DNA from: Candidatus Woesearchaeota archaeon
GTDB lineage: Archaea > Nanobdellota > Nanobdellia > SCGC-AAA011-G17 > GW2011-AR18
DNA length: 64,000 nucleotides
Assembly: GCA_018302545.1 (NCBI GenBank)
Contig: JAGVZM010000001.1
Location: 79,033-143,032, forward strand
Reading direction: 5' to 3'
Each line of letters begins with the position of its first letter. Within the stretch, counting starts at the first letter, position 1. The notes below the pieces were generated by a model. That model worked only from the letters and a program-made list of their open reading frames with translations, ran no database searches and was not told the origin of the DNA. The translations under genes and the position numbers were made by a program. Shown here piece after piece: positions 18,123-28,049 of the stretch.

Positions 18123-18980
18123 ACTTATGCAAAGGAGGATGTGAAAATAAGGCAATGTATAGTGGTTGGTGCGGTTTAAGATGGAGAAAGAAAAATAAAA
18201 TTAGTGTAAGTTGTCCTAAACTTGAAGAAAAACGAGGAATGGCAATTTCAAGATATAGAATAAAAGAAGCAAAGTTAGGTCTTAACCCAATGCAAAATCC
18301 CGAAATATGCAAAAATAATCATTCGATAGGGAGGAATAAAAAAGCAGCACAGTCGTTAAAAAGATTAGGTAAACTAAAACTTTTACCACAACAAATTGAA
18401 AGTAAATATAAAAGTAAAAAAAGATTAATGAAAATAAGGCAAGCATTACAAAAACTTGTGGCTGAAGGAAAATTAAATCATCAAATTGAATCCCAAGAAC
18501 AGAAAAAATTAAGACATGAAAAAATATCTAAAACTATAACAGAATTATATACCAAAGGATATTATAAAAATTTTACAAAGAAGAAGATAATTTATAACTC
18601 AAAATCAAATGGAAAAGTATACTTTCGTTCTAAATGGGAGCTAGAAGTAGCAAAGCTATTAGATAAGAGTAATATTAAATGGCTATATGAACCATTTGCA
18701 ATACCCTATACAGATGATAATAAAAAGAAGCATAATACAATACCTGATTTTTATTTACCAAAATATAAAAGTATAATAGAGGTTAAAGGAGATAGAAAAG
18801 ATTTTATTTCAAATATTAAAAATAAAGAGAAAGGAATCAGAAAGAAGGGTTTTAATTTTTACTTATGGATGGAAAAGGAAATAAAAATGATTAGAAAAGG
18901 AAATTCCCAAATACTTTTAGAAAACATAAAAAATGTAGAGGTAGAAAATAATGCCTAAAATAAAATTAAAAATAAAATTC
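18000..18980 (+). mobile_element. insertion interrupting cysS (carries a Zn-ribbon/PD-(D/E)xK nuclease-like ORF); homing-endonuclease-like element or intron
   Basis: CysRS similarity stops after ...GEPYWE (17999) and resumes at RPGWHIE (18981). The intervening sequence encodes the 18110..18958 ORF in a different frame. Confidence 0.4.
18110..18958 (+). CDS. Zn-ribbon plus PD-(D/E)xK (DUF559/Vsr-like) endonuclease-domain protein encoded within the cysS interruption
   Basis: N-terminal 4 Cys (CKGGC...WCG...SCP). C-terminal FRSKWELEVAKLLD...YEP...PDFYLPKYKSIIEVKG matches the D...(D/E)xK nuclease core. Overlaps both cysS fragments by 13 and 8 nt. Confidence 0.55.
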   Translation: MEKINLCKGGCENKAMYSGWCGLRWRKKNKISVSCPKLEEKRGMAISRYRIKEAKLGLNPMQNPEICKNNHSIGRNKKAAQSLKRLGKLKLLPQQIESKYKSKKRLMKIRQALQKLVAEGKLNHQIESQEQKKLRHEKISKTITELYTKGYYKNFTKKKIIYNSKSNGKVYFRSKWELEVAKLLDKSNIKWLYEPFAIPYTDDNKKKHNTIPDFYLPKYKSIIEVKGDRKDFISNIKNKEKGIRKKGFNFYLWMEKEIKMIRKGNSQILLENIKNVEVENNA

Positions 18981-19763
18981 AGACCTGGATGGCATATTGA
19001 AGACACAGCAATAACAGAAAAAGAATTAGGACAGCAGTATGACCTACATGGTGGAGGTTCTGGATTAATCTTCCCACATCATGAAGCAGAGATAGCACAA
19101 ATGGAATCCATATCCGGAAAAAAACCATTTGTAAAATATTGGATGCATACAGGATTATTAAATGTAAATTCTGAAAAAATGGCTAAATCTTTAGGAAACT
19201 TTACAACAATTAAAGATGCTTTAAAAAATTATAATAAAGAAACCATAAGATATTTATTTGCATCCTCTAATTATAAAAATCAAACAGACTTTACTCAAGA
19301 ATCATTAGAAAACGCAAAAAACAATGTATCAAAAATAAATGAATTTGTGTTAAACATAAAAAATTATAAATCAAAATCAAAAGATTTTCCAAATACAAGT
19401 TATTTAATCACTGCAACAAAAACAAAATTCGAAGAAGCAATGGATGATGATTTTGAAACTGCAAACGCACTAACAGTTATTTTTAATTTCATAAAAGAAG
19501 TAAATAAATTAATAGCAGAAGAAAAATTATCTACAAAAGATTGTAAAACAATAAAAAAATTTATGGACGAAATAAATTCAATCTTTGGAATTATAGAAAA
19601 AGAAGTAAAGATTCCCAAAAATATATTAGAATTAGTAGAAAAAAGAAACAAAGCAAGAGAAGAAAAAAATTATAGGTTAGCAGATGAAATAAGACAGTTA
19701 ATAGTTGAAGAAGGTTATTATATTGATGATTCAAAATCAGGAACAATAATAAAAAAATTATAA
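18951..19763 (+). CDS. cysS: cysteinyl-tRNA synthetase, C-terminal fragment (split gene)
   Basis: RPGWHIE, HGGGSGLIFPHHEAEIAQ and KMAKSLGNF (KMSKS) are the CysRS catalytic-core second half. Same reading frame as the N fragment. Confidence 0.8.
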   Translation: MPKIKLKIKFRPGWHIEDTAITEKELGQQYDLHGGGSGLIFPHHEAEIAQMESISGKKPFVKYWMHTGLLNVNSEKMAKSLGNFTTIKDALKNYNKETIRYLFASSNYKNQTDFTQESLENAKNNVSKINEFVLNIKNYKSKSKDFPNTSYLITATKTKFEEAMDDDFETANALTVIFNFIKEVNKLIAEEKLSTKDCKTIKKFMDEINSIFGIIEKEVKIPKNILELVEKRNKAREEKNYRLADEIRQLIVEEGYYIDDSKSGTIIKKL

Positions 19764-20981
19764 ACCAAATATTTCTTCATATGTAGAATCACCAACAAGA
19801 GAAGATAATCTATCATAACCTTGGTTTTTTTCCCATTCTAAAAGTTTATCAAAAAGATCTTTATCTGCTCTATTACTCAAATCAGAAAGCTGTGCTAAAG
19901 TAGATAAATCTCTCGAATCAGCTCTTTGCATATTAAACAATCTATCCCAAAGTAATGTACTTGCAATAGTAGTAGGATAAGCAGCAACAGTTTTAGGCAT
20001 CCTTATCGATGGCACAAGACCAACAATAGCATTGGGCCTAAGGTGATTATAAATATGAATAGAGGAAGAATCCATTTTTGCAGTTTGTTTTGTAAAGACA
20101 TCAGCATGTCTAGGTGATTTTAAAACTCCCCCCAATTCATAACTAAGTAAATCTCCACAAGAAAACCAAATAGAATCAGGATCTAAAGTATAATTAACAT
20201 AAGTTCTATCCCCTGTCTCCAACATTAAACCTAAAGAATCACTATATAATAAAGTAGACAATAAACAAATATGTGTTTTAGGGCTTAATGTTATCCCGCG
20301 CCTAGCTATAGATCCATCAGTTAGTTTAACATTAGATGTTTTTAAACCATTAACATCTTCATAATCAATGTTTCCATTAATCGCTCTACGATGGTTTAAT
20401 CTAATAACACTATCACCATAAACATATCTAGCAGCAAAGTATCCATGATGGACACCACATCCTTTAGCTAAAGAAGTTAATACAGGTAAAACTCTTTTTT
20501 CATTAACTTCAATTATTAATTCTGAAAGAGTAATAATCTTATCAACAATATCAGCAAGTTCTTTATTATCTTTAACAGCTTCTCTAATTTTATCATTAGG
20601 AATATAAGCAACACCATTAGGAGTTATAGGACTTCCTAAAACAAGGTTTCTACCAACAGTAAATCTTTCTACAAATTCTGTAAATCCATATTGCCCGACA
20701 GCTTCAGATCTTATAGGTAAATATCCTCTTTGTCCATTAGTATCATGAATACAAGCTTTCATCCTTTCTTTTAAAGGAAATCCTAAAAATTGATTGAATT
20801 TTTCAAGTAATAAATCCCTTAGGTGATCAAAATGTAAAGCAGCAGGAACACCGTGAAAAGCATTTCTAAGACCTAATAATTTAACATCTCTAAAAACATT
20901 ATACACATCCCTTCCAAATTGAAGAGGATCTTTAAAAATATCTTGATAATCTAAAATAGTTTTAACAACTTCTGTTTCCAT
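19758..20981 (-). CDS. conserved hypothetical protein (407 aa), non-typical composition
   Basis: Long ORF with no motif I can assign. R/L/S/G-rich, unlike the K/N/I-rich norm here. Confidence 0.45.
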   Translation of the reverse strand: METEVVKTILDYQDIFKDPLQFGRDVYNVFRDVKLLGLRNAFHGVPAALHFDHLRDLLLEKFNQFLGFPLKERMKACIHDTNGQRGYLPIRSEAVGQYGFTEFVERFTVGRNLVLGSPITPNGVAYIPNDKIREAVKDNKELADIVDKIITLSELIIEVNEKRVLPVLTSLAKGCGVHHGYFAARYVYGDSVIRLNHRRAINGNIDYEDVNGLKTSNVKLTDGSIARRGITLSPKTHICLLSTLLYSDSLGLMLETGDRTYVNYTLDPDSIWFSCGDLLSYELGGVLKSPRHADVFTKQTAKMDSSSIHIYNHLRPNAIVGLVPSIRMPKTVAAYPTTIASTLLWDRLFNMQRADSRDLSTLAQLSDLSNRADKDLFDKLLEWEKNQGYDRLSSLVGDSTYEEIFGL

Positions 20982-21102
20982 AACTAGAGAACAAAAGAAA
21001 AATTTAAAACCCTAGCTATAAAATTCAGCAAGAGATTTATTAGTTATACTAAGTTTGCAACTACTAATTATAGAAATAAAAAAGATAATAGAAAATCAAT
21101 TA

Positions 21103-22731
21103 TTACATATCCATTCCATGAGAAGGCATACCAGGAGGCATTCCTCCCCTATCCTTAGTTCCAGCAGCTAAAACATCATCTATCCTTAATATTAATTCAG
21201 CAACTTCAGAAGCAGATTTAATTGCTTGTGTTTTAATCTTTAAAGGTTCAACAACACCTAAATCCCAAGCATTAACAACTTTACCACTAAAAACATCCAA
21301 ACCTGCCCATTTTTCTCCTCTTTCATGAGCTGCCTTTAACGCTGTTATTGTATCTATTGGATCTAAACCTGCATTTTCAGCTAAAGTAATAGGAATAACT
21401 TCTAAAGCATCTGCAAAAGCCTCAACAGCTAGTTGTTCTCTCCCACTTAAAGAAGTAGCAAATTTCCTTAAAGAACTAGAAACCTCAACCTCAGTAGAAC
21501 CAGCACCACCTACAATCTTTCCAACTTTCAAAGCAGCACTAATATCTCCTATCGCATCTTTAATTGCTCTCTCTGCTTCATCAACCACATGTTGAGTTCC
21601 ACCCCTAACTAAAAGAGTAACAGACTTAGCTTCTTTACAACCAGTAACATAAGTCATTTCTTCATCACCAAATTTTTTCTCTTCAACTAAAGCAGCATAT
21701 CCCAAATCACTCTGGCTTAATTCATTTAAACTACTAACAATTTTTCCACCAGTAGCTCTAGATAATTTTTCCATATCACTCTTCTTAATTCTCCTACAAG
21801 CATATATTTTATTCTTAGCCAAGTAATGTTGAGCTAAATCATCTATCCCTTTTTGACATAAAACAACATTAGCACCGCTTTTAACAACTTTAGTTACCAT
21901 ATCTGTAATCATTTTATTTTCCATGTCAATAAAAGCTTGCATCTGACTAGGATCAGTTATCTGTATCTTAGCATCAACTTCAGTATTTTTAATCTCTAAA
22001 GCAACATCTAACAAAGCAACCTTAGCATCTTCAACATGACTAGGCATATTAGAATGAACTTTTTCTTTGTCTAAAAGAATACCCTCTATTAATTCACTAT
22101 CTCCAATTCCAGAACCAACTTTCTTCTCTAGTTTAACATCATCAACATGAACAACAATTTTTCCATCTTTAGTTTCTATAACATGTTTAATTGCATCAAC
22201 TATTAACTTGCTTAAATTATCTTTAGCAACTTCCGCACCCTTACCAGTCATAGCAGTGCTAGCAATGTTTTTCAAAACATCTTCCTGACTAAGATTAACA
22301 TCTTGAGAAATATCTTGTAATATTAATTGAGCTTGATTAGCAGCCATCCTATATCCCTTAGCTATAACAGTAGGATGTATATTTTTTTCTAATAATCTTT
22401 CAGCATTTTTTAATAATTCTCCAGCTAAAATAACAGCAGTAGTAGTTCCATCACCAACTTCATTTTCTTGAGTCTTAGCAACTTCAACAACCATCTTAGC
22501 AGCAGGATGTTCTATTTGCATCTCCTGCAAGATTGTAACTCCATCATTCGTAACTATAATATCCCCTAAAGAATCAACTAACATCTTATCCATTCCTTTC
22601 GGACCTAAAGTTGTTCTGACAGTTTCAGCTACTAATTTAGCAGCCATCATATTGTTTCTTTGAGCCTCTCTTCCTGTAGTTCTTTGAGAACCCTCTGACA
22701 AAATAAATATTGGTTGTTGATTTTGTGACAT
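21103..22731 (-). CDS. ths: thermosome subunit (group II chaperonin)
   Basis: [24 protein letters not shown] and C-terminal [14 protein letters not shown]. Start placed at MSQNQQPIF, the internal Met of the 22791 ORF, just downstream of a TATA-like element. Confidence 0.93.
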   Translation of the reverse strand: MSQNQQPIFILSEGSQRTTGREAQRNNMMAAKLVAETVRTTLGPKGMDKMLVDSLGDIIVTNDGVTILQEMQIEHPAAKMVVEVAKTQENEVGDGTTTAVILAGELLKNAERLLEKNIHPTVIAKGYRMAANQAQLILQDISQDVNLSQEDVLKNIASTAMTGKGAEVAKDNLSKLIVDAIKHVIETKDGKIVVHVDDVKLEKKVGSGIGDSELIEGILLDKEKVHSNMPSHVEDAKVALLDVALEIKNTEVDAKIQITDPSQMQAFIDMENKMITDMVTKVVKSGANVVLCQKGIDDLAQHYLAKNKIYACRRIKKSDMEKLSRATGGKIVSSLNELSQSDLGYAALVEEKKFGDEEMTYVTGCKEAKSVTLLVRGGTQHVVDEAERAIKDAIGDISAALKVGKIVGGAGSTEVEVSSSLRKFATSLSGREQLAVEAFADALEVIPITLAENAGLDPIDTITALKAAHERGEKWAGLDVFSGKVVNAWDLGVVEPLKIKTQAIKSASEVAELILRIDDVLAAGTKDRGGMPPGMPSHGMDM

Positions 22732-22780
22732 TTTCTTACCTCGAATAATCCAAAAATTCATGAAAAACTTATAAGACTTT

Positions 22781-22800
22781 CTATAAAACAAAATATAAAT
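22781..22800 (-). promoter_or_regulatory. candidate TATA/BRE promoter element for thermosome gene
   Basis: Minus strand TTTATATTT/TTTTATAG about 50-60 nt upstream of the proposed ATG. Sequence-only guess. Confidence 0.25.
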
Positions 22801-22875
22801 TAAAGAAACAACTTTACCGAAAACTATTTAAATAAGATATCTCATCATGTATCTACTTTAGAATGGTGATAAAAA

Positions 22876-23373
22876 ATGAATAAAAATTTATACGCAATTA
22901 GTTTAACAGGATTAACAGCAATAGCATGTGTTACAACTTCTGGAAATACTTCTAACTCTGAAATTGAAATTAAAGTTCAAAGACCAGTAATAATCACAGA
23001 TTCTTTAACAGGAAGAGCATTAGAATTATCAGCAGAACAAACAGAAGCAAAATATACTAATACAAATTGCAGTGAACAAGTTAATGTTTACAAAGCAGAT
23101 GGTAGCTTAGCTCCTAGCAATCAACCATCAGATACAACAGATTATGTTGCTAAAGTTAAAAGATGTGATACAGATTCAGACGGAAACCCAGACTTTACAA
23201 CTGTAGAAAGGGAAGGTTTCATTATCGAAGCAAGATCAAGATTACTTGGTGATACTGGTAAAAAAACAGGTTCATGTTTAGTACTTAAATATAAAGAAGA
23301 CGGTAATAGAGCAAGTTATGCTGAAGATCCATCAATAAAAGACTGTTCTACCTTGTCTCCTTTATGGAGATAA
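22876..23373 (+). CDS. secreted lipoprotein, hypothetical
   Basis: MNKNLYAISLTGLTAIAC is a signal peptide with lipobox Cys. T/S/D-rich mature part. Confidence 0.5.
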   Translation: MNKNLYAISLTGLTAIACVTTSGNTSNSEIEIKVQRPVIITDSLTGRALELSAEQTEAKYTNTNCSEQVNVYKADGSLAPSNQPSDTTDYVAKVKRCDTDSDGNPDFTTVEREGFIIEARSRLLGDTGKKTGSCLVLKYKEDGNRASYAEDPSIKDCSTLSPLWR

Positions 23374-23439
23374 TTAATAACTTCTAATAAGATTAAACCC
23401 TTAATAATCCTTATATAAAGAGACATTCTTACATATTTT

Positions 23440-24036
23440 ATGGTAAAAGACAAGTTTATTTTATTAAATATAGAAGATCCAAAATCAAAAGAATTAGCCC
23501 AAGTCATATCTTCAAACACTTCTAGAAAGATCTTAGATATATTAGCAGAACAAGACCTTTCAGAAACAGAAATATCTAAAAAATTAAATCTACCATTATC
23601 AACTACCCATTATAACACTCAACAACTACTAAATGCAAATATTATAGAAAAAAAGGGATTCATGTGGAGTGACAAAGGAAAAAAGATCTACATTTACAAA
23701 CTAGCAAACAAATTAATTATAATTGCTCCAAAAAATCAGTCAAGTAATTTTTACGAAAAATTAAAAGAAATAATACCTATGTTCACAATAGGAACACTAG
23801 CTTCAATAGGAATATATCTTTATCAAAATATCACAAAATCAAGAGATTTATTTGGTGGATCACAATTAACAAATATAGTGGTAGATAATGAACTGGAAGC
23901 AGCAAAATCATTTGCAACTGAAATAGCTACTTCAGAACCAAATTATGCATTATTCTTTTTCTTAGGTGTATTAAGTCTAACATTACTATATTTGATATTC
24001 TCATATTGGAAATCTAAAAAATATCCTCGCTATTAA
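23440..24036 (+). CDS. ArsR-family winged-helix regulator with C-terminal transmembrane anchor
   Basis: SNTSRKILDILAEQDLSETEISKKLNLPLSTTHYNTQQLLNANII is an ArsR/SmtB-type HTH. C-terminal hydrophobic helix FFFLGVLSLTLLYLIF. Confidence 0.6.
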   Translation: MVKDKFILLNIEDPKSKELAQVISSNTSRKILDILAEQDLSETEISKKLNLPLSTTHYNTQQLLNANIIEKKGFMWSDKGKKIYIYKLANKLIIIAPKNQSSNFYEKLKEIIPMFTIGTLASIGIYLYQNITKSRDLFGGSQLTNIVVDNELEAAKSFATEIATSEPNYALFFFLGVLSLTLLYLIFSYWKSKKYPRY

Positions 24037-24136
24037 AATTTTATATGATAAATAACTTCAATCTAAACTAAAGTCTAAACCAAGTTTAAATATTTTCTTA
24101 TCTATAAAATTTTATCCAAATTATGGAGGAACAAAA

Positions 24137-25381
24137 ATGAACAAAACATTAATTTTTGGAATAACAAATTTAATTTTACTATTAATTATATTACCCAATG
24201 TATTCTCAACAATAGAACCCTATTATCACCCAAACAATCAACAATCAAACTCACATTACTATTCTATATTATTTGATGGAGAAGGTGAAGCTTCAGCTAT
24301 TGCAAAATTAAACATATTAAATTCTAAAAAAGAACCAATAAACAACTTAATTTTAGAGATTCCTGGAAATCAAGCAAGAATAATAAATATATTACAGGAG
24401 ATATCAAATTATGAAACTTATTGTTCTTTATATTCAAATAATGGAAAAGACTGTCTAAATTATGCGACTAGAAAAAGTTATTCCCCTACATATAAGATAT
24501 TAGATTATAAAAAACAGATAACTTCAAACTCAATCATTTTAGATTTAAACTTAGTACAAGGAATAAATTCACAAGAATCAACAAGCATTATTATTTATTA
24601 TAAATCAGAAGATTATACAAAAAAAGAGGGGAATGTATTCAAAATTGATTTCGAAACAATAAAAACAAGTTATGATACAAGTTTAGTACAAGTAGGCATA
24701 AATGTAAACGAAGGTTTATATTTAAAAGAAGGAAAAACTCAAACAAATTATCAAAATAATATATTAGCTTCATCCAATTTATTAACAAAATCATCAATTG
24801 GTGACTATGAATCAAGAATAATAAATAGTAATTTATATTATATTGGCCAAGGAAGTTTAGTAAAAACAACTTATGAAATAGATCCATTAGAAAGTTTCAC
24901 AGTAAATGGAAGATATTCAGATTCATGGTTATCATTAAACATTTGGAAATTCCTAGTAGTTTCATTAGTATCAATAATCATTTTAGGATTAATTATTATA
25001 GCAACAATAAAATCATTTAATTTTATTAAAAAAGAAAATCCGTTAAGTAAGACAATTCTAACTAGTTTATCATTATCATTCTTAAACACTTTGATATGGT
25101 TTTTATTTATATTATTCATAAAATATTTATTTTACGATATTTTTAATTATAAATATGAATTTATGGTAATAGTTTTAGGTCTTTTAATGTTATTATTTAC
25201 AATAATTTTACTATTTGGACCAACAATTTATTTTGCAACAAAATACAAACCAATTTATAGTGTTTGGTACTTTGCCTCATTCTTAGTATTCACAATAATA
25301 TTTATTATAATTGGAATAATAATTGTATTTGCAATTGAAAGAACGCTAATCTATCCCTACAGACCCGGATACATTACTTAA
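24137..25381 (+). CDS. membrane protein with large N/S-rich extracellular domain and C-terminal TM bundle
   Basis: Signal/TM at the N-terminus and about four TM helices in the last 150 aa. No catalytic motif. Confidence 0.5.
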   Translation: MNKTLIFGITNLILLLIILPNVFSTIEPYYHPNNQQSNSHYYSILFDGEGEASAIAKLNILNSKKEPINNLILEIPGNQARIINILQEISNYETYCSLYSNNGKDCLNYATRKSYSPTYKILDYKKQITSNSIILDLNLVQGINSQESTSIIIYYKSEDYTKKEGNVFKIDFETIKTSYDTSLVQVGINVNEGLYLKEGKTQTNYQNNILASSNLLTKSSIGDYESRIINSNLYYIGQGSLVKTTYEIDPLESFTVNGRYSDSWLSLNIWKFLVVSLVSIIILGLIIIATIKSFNFIKKENPLSKTILTSLSLSFLNTLIWFLFILFIKYLFYDIFNYKYEFMVIVLGLLMLLFTIILLFGPTIYFATKYKPIYSVWYFASFLVFTIIFIIIGIIIVFAIERTLIYPYRPGYIT

Positions 25382-25390
25382 TAAATTTTG

Positions 25391-26140
25391 TTAATTAATT
25401 AAACATTCAACAGCAGCATCTAATAACTTTTTAAGATCTTGTTTCACATGTTTTGAATCAAATGCAGGATTCCATTTATCTGGCAGTAATAAATCAGATA
25501 CCACAAATGCGGCAGCCATTTTGACTTTTCTAAATTTAGCAACAGTAAACAAAGCAGAAGCTTCCATTTCTACAGTTTTAACTCCCAATTTTTTATAATG
25601 ATGTAATTCATTTATAGTCTCTCTATAAGGTGCATCCACTGTCCAGGTTTTAGTTTTCTTAAAATTCAAACCTTGTTTTTTAATATATTCCCCAAATTTC
25701 TCAGTCAATTTTTCATCAGGATAAGAGAGTTTACCATGTGCCTCATAATGATAACTCGTACCTTCATCCCTTACAGCAGCTTCACATAAAAATGTTCCAA
25801 AACCATCTAAACCTCCTGCAGACCCAATATTAATATATTCTTTACCACCCAAAGCAAAAATTTCTTCAAAAACAACAACTGCATTAGGGGAACCAATTCC
25901 AGTTAGTGGAATTAAACCTATGTTTTTATATTGATAGATTGTTAAAAGTCTATATAATTTTAATTTTGTAGGTTTATACTTTCTTCTAAAATAATTAAGT
26001 ATATAAGGATAATAAATGAAAATAAATTTATTTGGTTTATTTTTAATTTTTAAATGTTTAAACTTCTCCCAGCTAGTAAAACTTTCTGGATTTATTAATG
26101 CTTTTTCTAAATGTTTATTTTTAAAATTTGGATATGTCAT
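25391..26140 (-). CDS. purine/uridine nucleoside phosphorylase family (PNP/UDP/MTAP)
   Basis: GSPNAVVVFEE...VEMEASALFTVAKF matches the PNP-UDP family phosphate/ribose-binding motifs. Confidence 0.7.
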   Translation of the reverse strand: MTYPNFKNKHLEKALINPESFTSWEKFKHLKIKNKPNKFIFIYYPYILNYFRRKYKPTKLKLYRLLTIYQYKNIGLIPLTGIGSPNAVVVFEEIFALGGKEYINIGSAGGLDGFGTFLCEAAVRDEGTSYHYEAHGKLSYPDEKLTEKFGEYIKKQGLNFKKTKTWTVDAPYRETINELHHYKKLGVKTVEMEASALFTVAKFRKVKMAAAFVVSDLLLPDKWNPAFDSKHVKQDLKKLLDAAVECLIN

Positions 26141-26178
26141 ATTAATTTTTTAAATTTCAAATATTTAAAAGTTATTAA

Positions 26179-26859
26179 TTAAATAAGACCTAAGATTTTA
26201 TCAATTCTAAGAGGTAGGAATCTATTAGTCTTAAATGCCTCTGCATATTTAACACCAATCATAGCTCCTCTATACTGATTTAGACTCTTAGTCTTCTGCA
26301 CTTCTACATCATTAAGTTGTGATTTATAAACTTCTAAAAGTTTCTCTTTAAGAGGCCATTCATCTGTTATGTCAACTATTAAATCCGGTTGTTTAGGAAC
26401 CGAATGCTCCCACTCCAAAACCATTAGAGGTGAAACAGGTTTACCAAATTCTAATTTCCTTTCTTTCATAGCAGTCCTTATAGATTTAGTAGCTATCCTA
26501 TTAGTTTCTAAATGTGTTTCATGATAATCATCCCTATTTGGAATTATAATTATATTAGGATTAACTTCCCTAATAATCTTAACTAAAGCCTCAACATTAT
26601 CCTTATTCATTAACAAACAATGTTCATCATAATTAAGCAAATAGGTTTTCTTCATTCCAATTAGATTGCTTGCTTCACTAAATTCTTTTTCTCTAATATC
26701 AACAATTTTATCTTTGTCTTCTGGATTAGCATATCCGCCACTACCTCCAGTCAATACTACTTCAAATAATTCATAGCCTTTCTTTCTTAATTTATTTAAA
26801 AATCCAGCTCCAGTCATATGATCATCTGGATGTCCTGAAATAAATAATACTGTATTCAT
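26179..26859 (-). CDS. PIG-L/LmbE-family N-acetylglucosaminyl deacetylase
   Basis: N-terminal LFISGHPDDHMTG (PIG-L AHPDDE-type motif) and downstream His/Asp residues. Confidence 0.75.
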   Translation of the reverse strand: MNTVLFISGHPDDHMTGAGFLNKLRKKGYELFEVVLTGGSGGYANPEDKDKIVDIREKEFSEASNLIGMKKTYLLNYDEHCLLMNKDNVEALVKIIREVNPNIIIIPNRDDYHETHLETNRIATKSIRTAMKERKLEFGKPVSPLMVLEWEHSVPKQPDLIVDITDEWPLKEKLLEVYKSQLNDVEVQKTKSLNQYRGAMIGVKYAEAFKTNRFLPLRIDKILGLI

Positions 26860-28049
26860 AGTACTCCCCCTATTAGTAAAGCAAACTCGCGTGCATCAGT
26901 TGTTCTAATATCTTTATAACCATCTACGACAGATTTCACCACATCTTCTTTTCCAAGAAGCATTGCTAAACTCCGCTGCTTTCCTTCAGCAAAATCAGGA
27001 TTAGAAAGGTAAGTAAGTAACGGTTTAGGAAAACCCCTTTCAGCAACAAGAGCAGTGGATACGCATTCATTGTACGTAGATCCTCCCCCAGTAATTCCAA
27101 CGCCATTAAAACACATCGCATAACTTAAAGCTGCTCTACTACTTGCATCTAAACTAATACGATATGTACGAGGATCTTTCATAAGATCAGTCAAGCTACT
27201 CAAGCGAAAACCTGAATTAAATGGATTAAAGATAGCAACATCTTCACGACCAAGACGTTGAACATAAAGTCTTCTGTATCCTGAATCTTGTCCATGAGCA
27301 TCCTCACTTTTAAATACAACATAAAAACCTTTCTTACCTTGAGTTGGTCCTGGAGCATATCCTGAAAAGTCAGTTAAAAAATGTAATGTATCTAAATCAC
27401 TTAAAAGAGCATGTTCAAACTCAGAAAGATTAAGCCTTCTAAATTTAAAAGGAAAAAGTATTCCTTCTAGTTTTTCTCGAAGTGCAATATTAAATTCTCC
27501 AATGCTTCTTTCTTTTCCAGATCCAAAAAGTCGCAATTCTTCAAGAGCAATTTCAGAAACAAGAGGAGTAATATCCTGTTTAGTACTAGAACGAATAAAT
27601 CCAATAGACAAAACAATATATTCTCCACTAGCAGCAGCTTTCGTATAAGTTTGCTGTCCAAGAATTTTACATTGATTAGATCCAAGTAATCCTAGATCCT
27701 TGAAAACTTCGCTATTGCTTCCAAAAGTATCATCATACAAAACATCATGCATATTCAATGCACCTTTTAAACCATGTTCTTTGAGTTTTCTTCGTAATAT
27801 TTCAGCTAAAATTGTTTTACCTGCATTTTTAATAATTGGTGGATCTGCTTGTTCCCCATAAGATAAAAGAGGAGTATCAACTGCAATTTTTCTCATCTGT
27901 AAAAGTTTTTTTCTAGCCAAATCTCTTAATTCTTTAAAATTATCTGAACCAAACTCTCGACTATTTGCTTCAATTACTTTATCTACCAAATTATCCAAAT
28001 CGGTTTCATAGACGCTAGTAACTCCTAATACCATTTTTATTACCTCCAA
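26856..28049 (-). CDS. conserved hypothetical protein (397 aa) in glycoconjugate-like cluster
   Basis: Long ORF coupled (4-nt overlaps) between the GT2 and PIG-L genes. Has a GITGGGSTYNE stretch but no assignable family. Confidence 0.45.
   Translation of the reverse strand: MEVIKMVLGVTSVYETDLDNLVDKVIEANSREFGSDNFKELRDLARKKLLQMRKIAVDTPLLSYGEQADPPIIKNAGKTILAEILRRKLKEHGLKGALNMHDVLYDDTFGSNSEVFKDLGLLGSNQCKILGQQTYTKAAASGEYIVLSIGFIRSSTKQDITPLVSEIALEELRLFGSGKERSIGEFNIALREKLEGILFPFKFRRLNLSEFEHALLSDLDTLHFLTDFSGYAPGPTQGKKGFYVVFKSEDAHGQDSGYRRLYVQRLGREDVAIFNPFNSGFRLSSLTDLMKDPRTYRISLDASSRAALSYAMCFNGVGITGGGSTYNECVSTALVAERGFPKPLLTYLSNPDFAEGKQRSLAMLLGKEDVVKSVVDGYKDIRTTDAREFALLIGGVL

Noticed and set aside
17563-18312. 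Minus-strand ORFs (64 and 84 aa) across the cysS N fragment and the insert
   Set aside because: They are L/F-rich antisense artefacts opposite ORFs with strong motifs.
23316-23519. 67-aa minus-strand ORF bridging the lipoprotein gene end and the ArsR-like gene start
   Set aside because: It overlaps two better-supported plus-strand genes and has no motif.
24639-25119. Two 82-aa minus-strand ORFs inside the 414-aa membrane protein gene
   Set aside because: They are N/I/L low-complexity antisense translations.
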